Assembly (NCBI GenBank): GCA_044222475.1
Contig: JBGANF010000088.1
Span: forward strand, 1-34,517
Reading direction: 5' to 3'
DNA length: 34,517 bases
DNA from: Polyangiaceae bacterium
GTDB lineage: Bacteria; Myxococcota_A; Polyangia; Polyangiales; Polyangiaceae
The notes under the pieces are model-generated. The model saw only the letters and a program-made list of their open reading frames with translations, did no database searches and had not been told where the DNA came from. A program made the position numbers and the translations under genes. Positions 27,216 to 34,517 of the stretch are shown piece after piece. Positions within the stretch are counted from its first letter, which is position 1. Each line of letters starts with the position of its first letter.

Positions 27216-27308
27216 CGTTGGGGCTGGAGCCCCAACCGAGAAGCTCCCGTAGGGAGCTTCGAAGCTCTCCCGCGGGGTGTCGGGGGCGCAGCCCCTGACG
27301 TTGGGGTT
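27216..27308. repeat. REP-like multi-hairpin intergenic element
   Basis: TTGGGGCT-gg-AGCCCCAA, GAAGCTCCC-gta-GGGAGCTTC, palindrome GAGCTTCGAAGCTC, GGGGC-gca-GCCCC; both ends carry CGTTGGGG. Confidence 0.65.
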
Positions 27309-28228
27309 CAAACTTTCGTCAGCCACTCGGGGTGCGCGCCGTCGCTGCCGCGGACGACGTCGAAGAAGCGCTTCTGGATGCGCGTCGTCACCGGGCCGGG
27401 TTTGCCTTCGCCGATCGTGCGGTTGTCGACCTCGCGGATCGGCGTGACCTCGGCGGCGGTGCCGGTGAAGAACGCTTCGTCGGCGAGCCACAGGAGGTCG
27501 CGCGTGATGCGCGACTCCTGCACCGCGAGACCCTCTTCGCGCGCGAGCGTGAGGACCGTGTCGCGGGTGATGCCAGCGAGGATCGAGCTCGAGAGATCCG
27601 GCGTGATGAGCACGCCGTTCTTCACGATGAAGATGTTCTCGCCCGAGCCTTCGGAGACGTAGCCGTTGACGTCGAGGAGGATGGCTTCGTCGTAGCCGGC
27701 GAGCTTCGCTTCGCGCTTCGCGAGGACGCTGTTCGTGTACTGGCCCATGATCTTGCCCTTGGCCAAGCTCACGTTGATGTGGTGGCGCGAGTACGAGCTG
27801 ATCTTGGTGCGGATGCCGTTCTTGAGCGCTTCCTCACCGAGGTACGCGCCCCACTTCCAGGCGATGACCGACGTGCGGATCGGGTTGTTCGGGGCGTAGA
27901 TGCCCATGGCGCCGTCGCCGACGTAGACCATCGGCCGCAGGTAGCCTTCGTCCATCTTGTTCGCGCGGAGGACGTCGATGCAGGCCTTCGAGACTTGCTC
28001 CTTCGAGAACTCGGGCTTGAGCAGCGTCAGCTTGCAGCCGTCGAAGAGCCGGTCGATGTGCTCGCGCAGGCGGAAGACGTAGGTCCCGCCGTCGGCGCGT
28101 TTGTAGGCGCGGATTCCTTCGAACGCGCCGAGGCCGTAGTGGAGCGAGTGCGTGAGGATGTGGACGTTCGCCGCGTCCCAATCCACGAGCTCGCCATCCA
28201 TCCAAATCTTCGAGAGCTTGTCGACCAT
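27308..28228 (-). CDS. ilvE: Branched-chain amino acid aminotransferase
   Basis: HSLHYGLGAFEGIRAY, GYLRP, AKGKIMGQY (PLP Lys), EGSGENIF, ILAGITRD, ADEAFFTGTAAEVTPI. Confidence 0.97.
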   Translation of the reverse strand: MVDKLSKIWMDGELVDWDAANVHILTHSLHYGLGAFEGIRAYKRADGGTYVFRLREHIDRLFDGCKLTLLKPEFSKEQVSKACIDVLRANKMDEGYLRPMVYVGDGAMGIYAPNNPIRTSVIAWKWGAYLGEEALKNGIRTKISSYSRHHINVSLAKGKIMGQYTNSVLAKREAKLAGYDEAILLDVNGYVSEGSGENIFIVKNGVLITPDLSSSILAGITRDTVLTLAREEGLAVQESRITRDLLWLADEAFFTGTAAEVTPIREVDNRTIGEGKPGPVTTRIQKRFFDVVRGSDGAHPEWLTKV

Positions 28229-28343
28229 GATGGGGGTGGGTGGAGCCTAGTATCCCCGTAAGGCCGCGGCTAGTGGGCGCTACTGGGCCAATGACGATCG
28301 CGCCGTGGTGCGTCACGACCGATATTTACGATGTAAGTGCACG

Positions 28344-29024
28344 TCAGCGGCGCAGGAGCACGTAGGTCGCGCCTTCGCCGCCGTCGCCGTCGTGGGCGGT
28401 GGCGAACGCGTCGACCGATGCGGCGGCGCGGCCTTCGGAGAGCCACGCCGAGATTTCGCCGCGCAACACGCCTACGCCGCCGGGCGAGTGGGCCCCTTTG
28501 CCGTGGATCACGAGCACGCAGCGCTCGCGCTTGGCGCGCATGTCGCGGAGGAACGCTTCGAGCGCAGCGCGCGCGTCCTCGGCGCGCAGGCCGTGGAGAT
28601 CGAGCCGGCCATCGACCGGGAACTGCCCCCGGCGCAGCTTGCGCACGACATCCGGCCCGACGTCGGCCCGGCGGCCCTCGGCGCGCCGGCCATCGTCTTG
28701 GACCTCGAAGCGCGCCTCGACGAGCGCGTCGAGGCGGGCGTGCGCCTCTTCGGTGTCGCGCGCTTCGTTCGCGCGCGCGTGCAGGGCGGCGCGCATCGCG
28801 TCGCTGCGGCTCTCCGCCGCGACCGTGCGCGGGACGCGCGCGGGCGTGCCGTCGCGCGAGAGCGGAGTGACGCCGCTCATCAACCGTTGAAAGGCGAGCG
28901 CCTCGTCCTCGGCGGTGACCTTCTCTGGCTTCTTCTTCGGAGCGGGCCGGGGCTTCGCGCCCTGGTCCTTCTCCGGAATCTTCAGCTCCTTGAGCTTGGA
29001 GAACGGGTGGTCCTTCTTGCTCAT
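28344..29024 (-). CDS. Smr-domain endonuclease (SmrA/SmrB type)
   Basis: N-terminal EDEALAFQRLMSGVTPL, RKLRRG, LDLHGL, VIHGKGAHS, DGGEGATYVLLR. Confidence 0.9.
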   Translation of the reverse strand: MSKKDHPFSKLKELKIPEKDQGAKPRPAPKKKPEKVTAEDEALAFQRLMSGVTPLSRDGTPARVPRTVAAESRSDAMRAALHARANEARDTEEAHARLDALVEARFEVQDDGRRAEGRRADVGPDVVRKLRRGQFPVDGRLDLHGLRAEDARAALEAFLRDMRAKRERCVLVIHGKGAHSPGGVGVLRGEISAWLSEGRAAASVDAFATAHDGDGGEGATYVLLRR

Positions 29025-29352
29025 CGCGCGTCACCGTCGGGGGGGGGGGGGGGGGGGGCGTGGGGGCTCCGCCCCGGACGCCCCCGGAGATCCCTCGGCT
29101 CGCTCCGCCTTCGGCTCCGCGAGTCTCGCTGTCACGCTGCTTTGCCCGGATCGCCGAGCGCACGCTCTGGATGCCGGTGAGGATCCCATCTTGGTAATGC
29201 CAGTCGGGATCGTCGAGCTCGGGGAAATCGTGCGGGTTGCGGATGTCCTCGAGCGTGAGCCCGGGCTTGAGCCGCCGCGCGAGGTCGGCGACCTTCTGCA
29301 GTTGGAGCTCTTCCATCTCGGCGACGAGCTGCTCGAATTCGTCGAGGTTCAT
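29021..29352 (-). CDS. Small hypothetical protein whose stop depends on the poly-G tract length
   Basis: ATG 29352 overlaps the ferredoxin TGA (ATGA). MNLDEFEQLVAEMEELQLQKVADLARRLKPGLTLEDIRNPHDFPELDDPDWHYQDGILTG looks protein-like. As assembled it reads on to 28270; the end given assumes a 1-nt tract correction. Confidence 0.6.
29039..29058 (+). repeat. G20 homopolymer
   Basis: 20 consecutive G counted at 29039-29058. Confidence 0.9.
29061..29130. repeat. REP-like hairpin element
   Basis: GGGGC-tcc-GCCCC-ggacgccccc, then GAGATCCCTCGG and CTCGC-tcc-GCC-ttc-GGC-tcc-GCGAG; shares the GGGGC-N3-GCCCC unit with 27283-27295. Confidence 0.55.
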
Positions 29353-29660
29353 GCGCCACGAAGCATACGTCGAACGAGCGCGCGCGCATCCGCTTCGTCC
29401 ACGTCGCGCAGGATCGGGCCGCCGGGGGCGCTCGCTCCGTAGATCGCGACCGTACATCCCGTTCTGGGACAGATGCCGAGGCAGTGCGTCTTCGTGACCC
29501 AGACCCGCGCGTACGCCCGCTCGCCGGCCACCTCGTCCTTCAGCGCGGCGAAGACGCGCTCGCCCCGTTCGCCGCACCCGGCGCCGAGGGGGTCGGTCGC
29601 ATCGCGGCGGTTGGCGCACACGAACACGTGCGCTTCGGGGACCTGGGCGACCCGTTCCAT
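29349..29660 (-). CDS. Thioredoxin-like [2Fe-2S] ferredoxin
   Basis: HVFVCANRR...GCG...VTKTHCLGICP; four Cys in the TRX-Fd pattern. ATG 29660. Confidence 0.85.
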   Translation of the reverse strand: MERVAQVPEAHVFVCANRRDATDPLGAGCGERGERVFAALKDEVAGERAYARVWVTKTHCLGICPRTGCTVAIYGASAPGGPILRDVDEADARALVRRMLRGA

Positions 29661-29861
29661 GTCCGTAGGTATCGCACCGAAGCGCAGGATGGACCAGATC
29701 GGCCGAAAACGCGCAGAGATACGGCCGATCCGCGCGTGGATCCGGGCGGATCCAACGGTGTAAAGAGCGACCCACGAAAACCCCGGAAAATCGGAGCCAG
29801 AGCGCGGCCCCTCGCGGTCGGATCGGCGGTTCGATGCTTGCACTAGGGGAGGGAGCCACCC

Positions 29862-30857
29862 ATGCGGTCGCCGACCCCCGCCGCGCACCCCGACCAACCC
29901 GAGCTGCTCCTGCTCGAGGGGACGCGCCGGCTCGTGCTCGGCAGCGTGCTCGGTCGGGGCACGCTGGGCGTCGTCCGCGTCGGCGAGATCCAGGGCGTCC
30001 ACGGGGTGCGCCGCCGGGTGGCGGTCAAGGTCTTCGACACGCTGTTCGCCTCGGACGGGGACGGTGCGGCGGCGATCGCGCGCGCGGTGCGCCACGCCGC
30101 GCACGTGCGCCACCCCAACGTCGTGCAGGTGCACGAGCTCAGCGTCACCGGCGATCATCCGTACGTGATCCTGGAGCTGGTCGAGGGGTGCTCGCTCCAG
30201 TCGTTGGTCGGCGCGTACCGACAGGTCGGGCGGAAGCTGCCGGTCGATCTGGCGCTCTTCATCGGGAGCGAGGTCGCCGAGGGGCTCGCCGGCGCGCGTG
30301 CGTCGAAGAACTCCGAGGGCATCCTGCTCAACATGTCGCACCACGATCTGTCGCCGCGGCAGGTGCTCTTGTCGTGGAACGGCGAGGTGAAGGTCTCGGA
30401 CTTCGGGCTGCGCGCCGCGGGGATGACGTCGTCCGGCATTCGTCCGGCGGCGCTCTCGGCGCGCGTGACGCTCGCCAACGTCGCGCCGGAGGTGCTGCAG
30501 GGAGCACGCGGTGACGCGCGCGCCGACGTGTTCGCGCTCGGCGTGCTCCTCCACGAGCTCTTGCGTGGTCCGCGCTTCGCGGACGGGATCGGCGACGCCG
30601 ATCTGTTCGAGCTCGCCCGCCGCGGCGACGTGCTGCGCACCGTGCGCGAGCCGCTGTTGCCCGATGCGTTGGCCCAGGTCATCGATCGCGCGACCGCGCC
30701 CGATCCGCGGCATCGGTATCCGCACGCCGGCGTGCTCGCCTACGATCTCCGCAAGGTGGCCTTCGCGATGGGCGTCGGAGACGGTCGCGCGTTTCTGCGC
30801 AGCGCGCTGTTCGAGATGACCGAGGGTCTCTTGCCCGATCACGACACCGATCACTGA
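29862..30857 (+). CDS. Stand-alone Ser/Thr kinase-like protein, probable pseudokinase
   Basis: LGRGTLG, VAVK, HPNVVQV, HHDLSPRQ, SDFG, NVAPE, DVFALG; GGAGGGAG SD upstream. Confidence 0.85.
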   Translation: MRSPTPAAHPDQPELLLLEGTRRLVLGSVLGRGTLGVVRVGEIQGVHGVRRRVAVKVFDTLFASDGDGAAAIARAVRHAAHVRHPNVVQVHELSVTGDHPYVILELVEGCSLQSLVGAYRQVGRKLPVDLALFIGSEVAEGLAGARASKNSEGILLNMSHHDLSPRQVLLSWNGEVKVSDFGLRAAGMTSSGIRPAALSARVTLANVAPEVLQGARGDARADVFALGVLLHELLRGPRFADGIGDADLFELARRGDVLRTVREPLLPDALAQVIDRATAPDPRHRYPHAGVLAYDLRKVAFAMGVGDGRAFLRSALFEMTEGLLPDHDTDH

Positions 30858-30877
30858 CGGTGCAATAGCGCTCGGTT

Positions 30878-31399
30878 CTACCGAGCGCGTCTTGACAACG
30901 CGGACAGACCGACGTGACAGAGGGCGTGCGTCACGTGGCCTTCGTCCATGAGCCGCGCGGTGTGCTCCTTCGGGACGAGCGCGACCTCGATGTTCTCGTG
31001 CTCGTCGAACTTGGTGTCGCGCACGCGCTTGGCGCCTTCGGCGAGGAACACGTGCAGCGTGTTGCCGTGCAGCGCCGGGTTCGCGAGCGTGGTCGCGAGC
31101 TTGGTCCATCGAGAGGCCTCGTAGCCGGTCTCCTCGCGGAGCTCGCGCTCGGCCGCGGCCTGCGGCGACTCGCCTTCGTCGATCACGCCGCCGACGGTCT
31201 CGAGGGTGACGCTCTGCGACCCGAACCGCCACTGCCACACGAGGACGAGCTCGTCGTCGTCGGTGACTGCGACGACGTTCACCCAATCACGAAACGCGAG
31301 CGTGAAGATGTCGCGCTTGGGTACGCCGTCCGCGTCGGTGACGGCGAAGCGATCGACCGCGAACACGGGGAACGTCGCTGAGCGCTCGATTCGCTTCAT
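30878..31399 (-). CDS. NUDIX hydrolase (ADP-ribose pyrophosphatase-like)
   Basis: Nudix box GVIDEGESPQAAAERELREETGY, QWRFG, NP. Start uncertain (31399 or 31423). Confidence 0.9.
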   Translation of the reverse strand: MKRIERSATFPVFAVDRFAVTDADGVPKRDIFTLAFRDWVNVVAVTDDDELVLVWQWRFGSQSVTLETVGGVIDEGESPQAAAERELREETGYEASRWTKLATTLANPALHGNTLHVFLAEGAKRVRDTKFDEHENIEVALVPKEHTARLMDEGHVTHALCHVGLSALSRRAR

Positions 31400-31494
31400 C
31401 GAAAACGGGGCCGAAAGAGCCATCGTCGGGGCAGGGACTACGAAGGGTCGCATCGGCGTTCGAGTACCACGTGGATGTGGGCTATAGGGTGTCG

Positions 31495-32337
31495 ATGGAC
31501 TGGAAGGGTGGAGCTCTCTTCGTGCTCGCGGTGGCGTGCTCGAAGCCGACGACCGCTCCGGTCGAAGCGGGACCGCCGGCTCCGCCCGAGGTCCGCTGGA
31601 GCGAGCGCAACCTCCTCGTGACTGGGCACGACGAGTGGAAGCTCCATGTCGACTACGACGGCGCCGGCGCGAAGCTCACGATGACCGGTTGGCCGACCGA
31701 CACGAAGGTGCTCGTCGGCGCGACACCGGTCGCCGCCGGATCGAAGGACTCGATCGCGATCTTCGAGTGGCTGGGGGCGGTCGCCACCTGGCGCCAGGAC
31801 GTCGAAGCGGGCGCGTATTTCCCGCCCGACGTCTCGGTGCCCGGGGTCACACCGCTGCGGATCACCCTCGGGAGCGGTGCGACGATCGTCACCACGCTGC
31901 CTGCCGGAACCGCGCCGCCGCAGCTCGTCGAAGCCGTGATGACCAAGGCCTCGCGCGACGGACTCGTCTTCGACGGCGAGCCGGCTCGCGACCCGAGCGC
32001 GCCGCACTCGATCTACTTCCTCGATCCGATGCGATCGGACGACGTCGTCGGGCCCGCCGCCACGCTCGGCGCGATCGATTGGATCGCCACGGTCCAGAGC
32101 AAGATCGAGAGCGCCGGTGGAGCGACGTGCGCGTTCGCCGGGGGCAAGAAGTACCCGCTCGAGCGCGAGACGCAGACCATCGTGATCACGACTCGGCGGA
32201 CGCACGACAAGATCGACGAGAAGGTGTTCGCGGCCGCTGCGGGTTGCCCGATGGAGGCCCTCGACGAGCGAGCGATCGCGTCGCCGGCGCGGGATGCGGT
32301 CTTCAGCTGGCTCCGCGACGTGGCGAAATCGCGCTGA
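31495..32337 (+). CDS. Hypothetical lipoprotein
   Basis: MDWKGGALFVLAVAC lipobox; protein-like composition with a C-terminal Cys pair. Confidence 0.65.
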   Translation: MDWKGGALFVLAVACSKPTTAPVEAGPPAPPEVRWSERNLLVTGHDEWKLHVDYDGAGAKLTMTGWPTDTKVLVGATPVAAGSKDSIAIFEWLGAVATWRQDVEAGAYFPPDVSVPGVTPLRITLGSGATIVTTLPAGTAPPQLVEAVMTKASRDGLVFDGEPARDPSAPHSIYFLDPMRSDDVVGPAATLGAIDWIATVQSKIESAGGATCAFAGGKKYPLERETQTIVITTRRTHDKIDEKVFAAAAGCPMEALDERAIASPARDAVFSWLRDVAKSR

Positions 32338-32373
32338 GGCTTCGACCGACCACCGTGTTAAGGTGCGGCGGCC

Positions 32374-32856
32374 GTGAGCGCGGAGAAGCAGAAGAGCGGA
32401 GAGAAGATCGTCGTCATCAATCGACGCGCGACCTACGACTACGCCATCGAGGAGCGCTACGAAGCGGGGATCGTGTTGCTCGGCAGCGAGGTGAAGTCGT
32501 TTCGCGCCGGCAAGGTCGACGTGAGCGACGCGTACGCCTCGGAAGAGAACGGCGAGGTCTTCCTCAAGCAGCTCTACGTCGCCCCGTTCGAGGGCGCGAA
32601 GGCGTTTCCTCACGAGCCGCGCCGCAACCGGAAGCTTCTGCTGCACAAGCGCGAGATCGAGGCGATCAAGGTCGCGACGCAGCGAGGTGGCTTCACCGTC
32701 GTCCCGACGAGGATCTACTTCAAGGACGGCAAGGCCAAGGTCGAGCTCGGCATCGGCAAGGGCAAGAAGCACCACGACAAGCGCGCCGACATCGCGAAGA
32801 AGACGGCCGACCGCGAGGCGCGCGACGCGATCGGCCGAGGACGCAAAGGCGAATGA
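32374..32856 (+). CDS. smpB: SsrA-binding protein
   Basis: NRRATYDY, EAGIVLLGSEVKS, RKLLLHKREI, GKGKKHHDKR. Confidence 0.98.
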   Translation: MSAEKQKSGEKIVVINRRATYDYAIEERYEAGIVLLGSEVKSFRAGKVDVSDAYASEENGEVFLKQLYVAPFEGAKAFPHEPRRNRKLLLHKREIEAIKVATQRGGFTVVPTRIYFKDGKAKVELGIGKGKKHHDKRADIAKKTADREARDAIGRGRKGE

Positions 32857-33098
32857 CGACGCACATCGTCTGGGCCAAAGGCGGCGACGCGACGCTCGAG
32901 ACGCTGACCGGCGAAGCGGCGACGATCCGCTCGTCGATCCCGTCGCCTCCCGGGTCGCGCCTCGAAGGCAAGCTCGACGACGGCACGACGATCCGGGTGA
33001 AGATCCACGGCTGCAAGAAGCAGGACGACGGCGCGTTCGTGCTGACGGGGCGGATGATCGATCTGACGAAGGTCCTGCGCGAGCGGCTGGGCGGCTAG
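32853..33098 (+). CDS. Small hypothetical protein, possible degenerate PilZ-like barrel
   Basis: ATGA overlap with the smpB stop; 81 aa MTTHIVWAKGG...IRSSIPSPPGSRLEG...VKIHGCKK...FVLTGRMIDL..LRERL. Confidence 0.65.
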   Translation: MTTHIVWAKGGDATLETLTGEAATIRSSIPSPPGSRLEGKLDDGTTIRVKIHGCKKQDDGAFVLTGRMIDLTKVLRERLGG

Positions 33099-33430
33099 CG
33101 CACGGGAGCGTGGCTCACGCGGCCCGCAAGGAGCTCGCCTGGCGCCCATACCTCGTGCACCTGGATCGTGGTTTGGCATGGCTCGCCGGTGGCGGTGCGC
33201 GACTTGCCCGCGCGGGCGAAGACCCGATCGACGGCAGGGTGCACGCGCTCCTCGAAGAATCGGTCGGAGTGCTCTTTCGACTCCCAGACGCTGAGGTAGC
33301 GGAGACCGCCCTCGCGTTCGAGCACCAGGTGGACGATGAGCCCTTGGGGCGGGTTCGTCCCCAGCTCCTCGCGAATCTTCTCATAGACCGGCCAGCCAAT
33401 CGGAACATCTTGGGTATACGCGTAGGGCAT
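33095..33430 (-). CDS. Small dimeric alpha/beta-barrel (ABM-like) protein
   Basis: SD AAGGAG before ATG 33430; PQGLIVHLV...GLRYLSVWESKEHSDRFFEERVHP. Confidence 0.7.
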   Translation of the reverse strand: MPYAYTQDVPIGWPVYEKIREELGTNPPQGLIVHLVLEREGGLRYLSVWESKEHSDRFFEERVHPAVDRVFARAGKSRTATGEPCQTTIQVHEVWAPGELLAGRVSHAPVR

Positions 33431-33452
33431 TTGGTTTCTCCTTCTCGAATTA

Positions 33453-33481
33453 ATCCGAATATACATCGGATCAATATATTG
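33453..33481. promoter_or_regulatory. Candidate TetR operator(s)
   Basis: AT-rich gap with ATCCGA-N7-TCGGAT (33453-33471), AATATA-N11-TATATT (33458-33480) and palindrome CAATATATTG (33472-33481). Confidence 0.6.
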
Positions 33482-33493
33482 TAAAGTGGAGAT

Positions 33494-34144
33494 GTGAAGA
33501 GGAAGACGAAACGCGCATACGATTCGACCGGTCGTCGCCGCGAGGCGGAAGAACGACGGCGCTCGATCCTCGACGCCGCTCGCCGTGTTTTCGTCGAGCA
33601 CGGCTACGCTGCGACCACCATGCCGGCGATAGCGGAAGCCGCAGGGGTCGCTCTCGACACGGTGTACGCGAGCGTCGGGAAGAAGCCGATGTTGTTTCGG
33701 CTCCTGGTGGAGACGGCGATCTCGGGCACGACCGAGGCGGTGCCGGCGCTCGAACGCGACTACGTCCGGGCGATCGCCGCGACTCCACGCGCGGCCGACA
33801 AGCTCGCGCTCTACGCGCGCGCGGTGCGTTCGATTCAATCGCGCCTGGCGCCGCTGGCGTCGGTGCTTCGCGCGGCTGCGCGGGACGACGAGTCGCTTGC
33901 GGAGATGTGGCGTGAGATCTCGGAGCGGCGCGCGCGCAACATGCGCCTCTTCGCGAAAGAGCTCGCGTCGACTGGCGAGCTGCGAAGCGATCTCGAGATC
34001 GAGGAGATCGCCGATGTCATCTGGTCCACGAACGGACCGGAGTACTACACTCTCCTGGTCCAGGAGCGTGGCTGGTCGCCCGATCGCTTCGAGAGTTGGC
34101 TCGCCGATGCCTGGCGACGGATGCTCGTCGAACGTCCGGTCTAG
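33494..34144 (+). CDS. TetR/AcrR family transcriptional regulator
   Basis: RAYDSTGRR...ILDAARRVFVEHGYAATTMPAIAEAAGVALDTVYASVGKK helix-turn-helix. Confidence 0.92.
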   Translation: MKRKTKRAYDSTGRRREAEERRRSILDAARRVFVEHGYAATTMPAIAEAAGVALDTVYASVGKKPMLFRLLVETAISGTTEAVPALERDYVRAIAATPRAADKLALYARAVRSIQSRLAPLASVLRAAARDDESLAEMWREISERRARNMRLFAKELASTGELRSDLEIEEIADVIWSTNGPEYYTLLVQERGWSPDRFESWLADAWRRMLVERPV

Positions 34145-34517
34145 CCCGGGCCGAGGACCACCTTCAGCGCGCGGCGGTGGAACCAGCGCCCCACGCGCTC
34201 GCGGCTGTCGTCGCCCGCCATGCGGCGCTGCGCGTCGTGGTAGGCGGGCACGTAGCGGAGGCGCGACGGGAGGGCGCGGTAGCCCGCCTTCGCGATCACG
34301 GTGGTGCCGCGGAGGAACGCTCCGTCGACGGGGGTGGCGCCGCCGTACTCGTCGCGGATGCGCGGCGGCAAGAGCGCGCGCGTGACCGGCCGGTACGAGA
34401 GGGCGATCGCGCGCGGGATGAACCTCGGCGGATGCAGCAGAAAGTGTCCGACGTCCTTCGCGATGGTGCCGACGGCGATCCGATCCGATGCGATCCACTC
34501 GTCCCACGACGACATGA
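34141..34517 (-). CDS. C-terminal part of a DUF2236 / MpaB-family oxygenase-like protein, 5' end outside the window
   Basis: IASDRIAVGTIAKDVGHFLL...VTRALLPPRIRDEYG...YRALPSRLRYVPAY resembles DUF2236 C-termini; frame open to the window edge. Confidence 0.6.
   Translation of the reverse strand, partial: MSSWDEWIASDRIAVGTIAKDVGHFLLHPPRFIPRAIALSYRPVTRALLPPRIRDEYGGATPVDGAFLRGTTVIAKAGYRALPSRLRYVPAYHDAQRRMAGDDSRERVGRWFHRRALKVVLGPG

Noticed and set aside
29727..29753. Three GATCC direct repeats between the ferredoxin and the kinase-like gene
   Set aside because: Only 5 bp with uneven spacing (12 and 10 nt); too weak to call as a binding site.
29661..31286. 645-aa ORF suggesting a large ferredoxin fusion
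   Set aside because: Antisense to the kinase-like gene and out of frame with NUDIX; only the last 103 aa are protein-like.
32338..33100. tmRNA (ssrA) next to smpB
   Set aside because: No room: the flanks are coding and no tRNA-like GGGG...CCACCA ends were seen.

Overview
GC-rich bacterial DNA. Gene content (Cys-rich and IgGFc-type lipoproteins, Ser/Thr kinases, an S1 paralog, a PlsB-like acyltransferase) points to a myxobacterium, probably Polyangiaceae/Labilithrix-like; this is inferred from gene style, not from a marker gene. About 34 CDS: a DNA gap-repair cluster (LigC-type ligase, stand-alone LigD-Pol/Prim-PolC, PolX-PHP, no Ku), secreted or lipoprotein genes (an 8x GxDGxWGTxDD repeat protein, an SH3b plus Cys/His amidase), lipid genes (PlsB-like, WS/DGAT, alpha/beta hydrolases), the glyoxylate shunt aceB-aceA with a divergent RamB/ScfR regulator, and RNA/translation genes (S1 paralog, RRM protein, Smr, NUDIX, smpB). 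Also ilvE, a thioredoxin-like ferredoxin, a probable pseudokinase and a TetR/ABM-like pair. No rRNA, tRNA, CRISPR or transposase was seen. The most unusual item is at 8751-9560: an anti-sigma-like N-terminus fused to an isochorismatase fold lacking its catalytic Cys, preceded by an ECF-type TGCATCC-N16-CGTA promoter. Other leads are a G20 tract that decides where a gene upstream of Smr stops, REP-like hairpin elements, and many apparently leaderless genes. All family calls are from motif recognition by eye; no searches were run.
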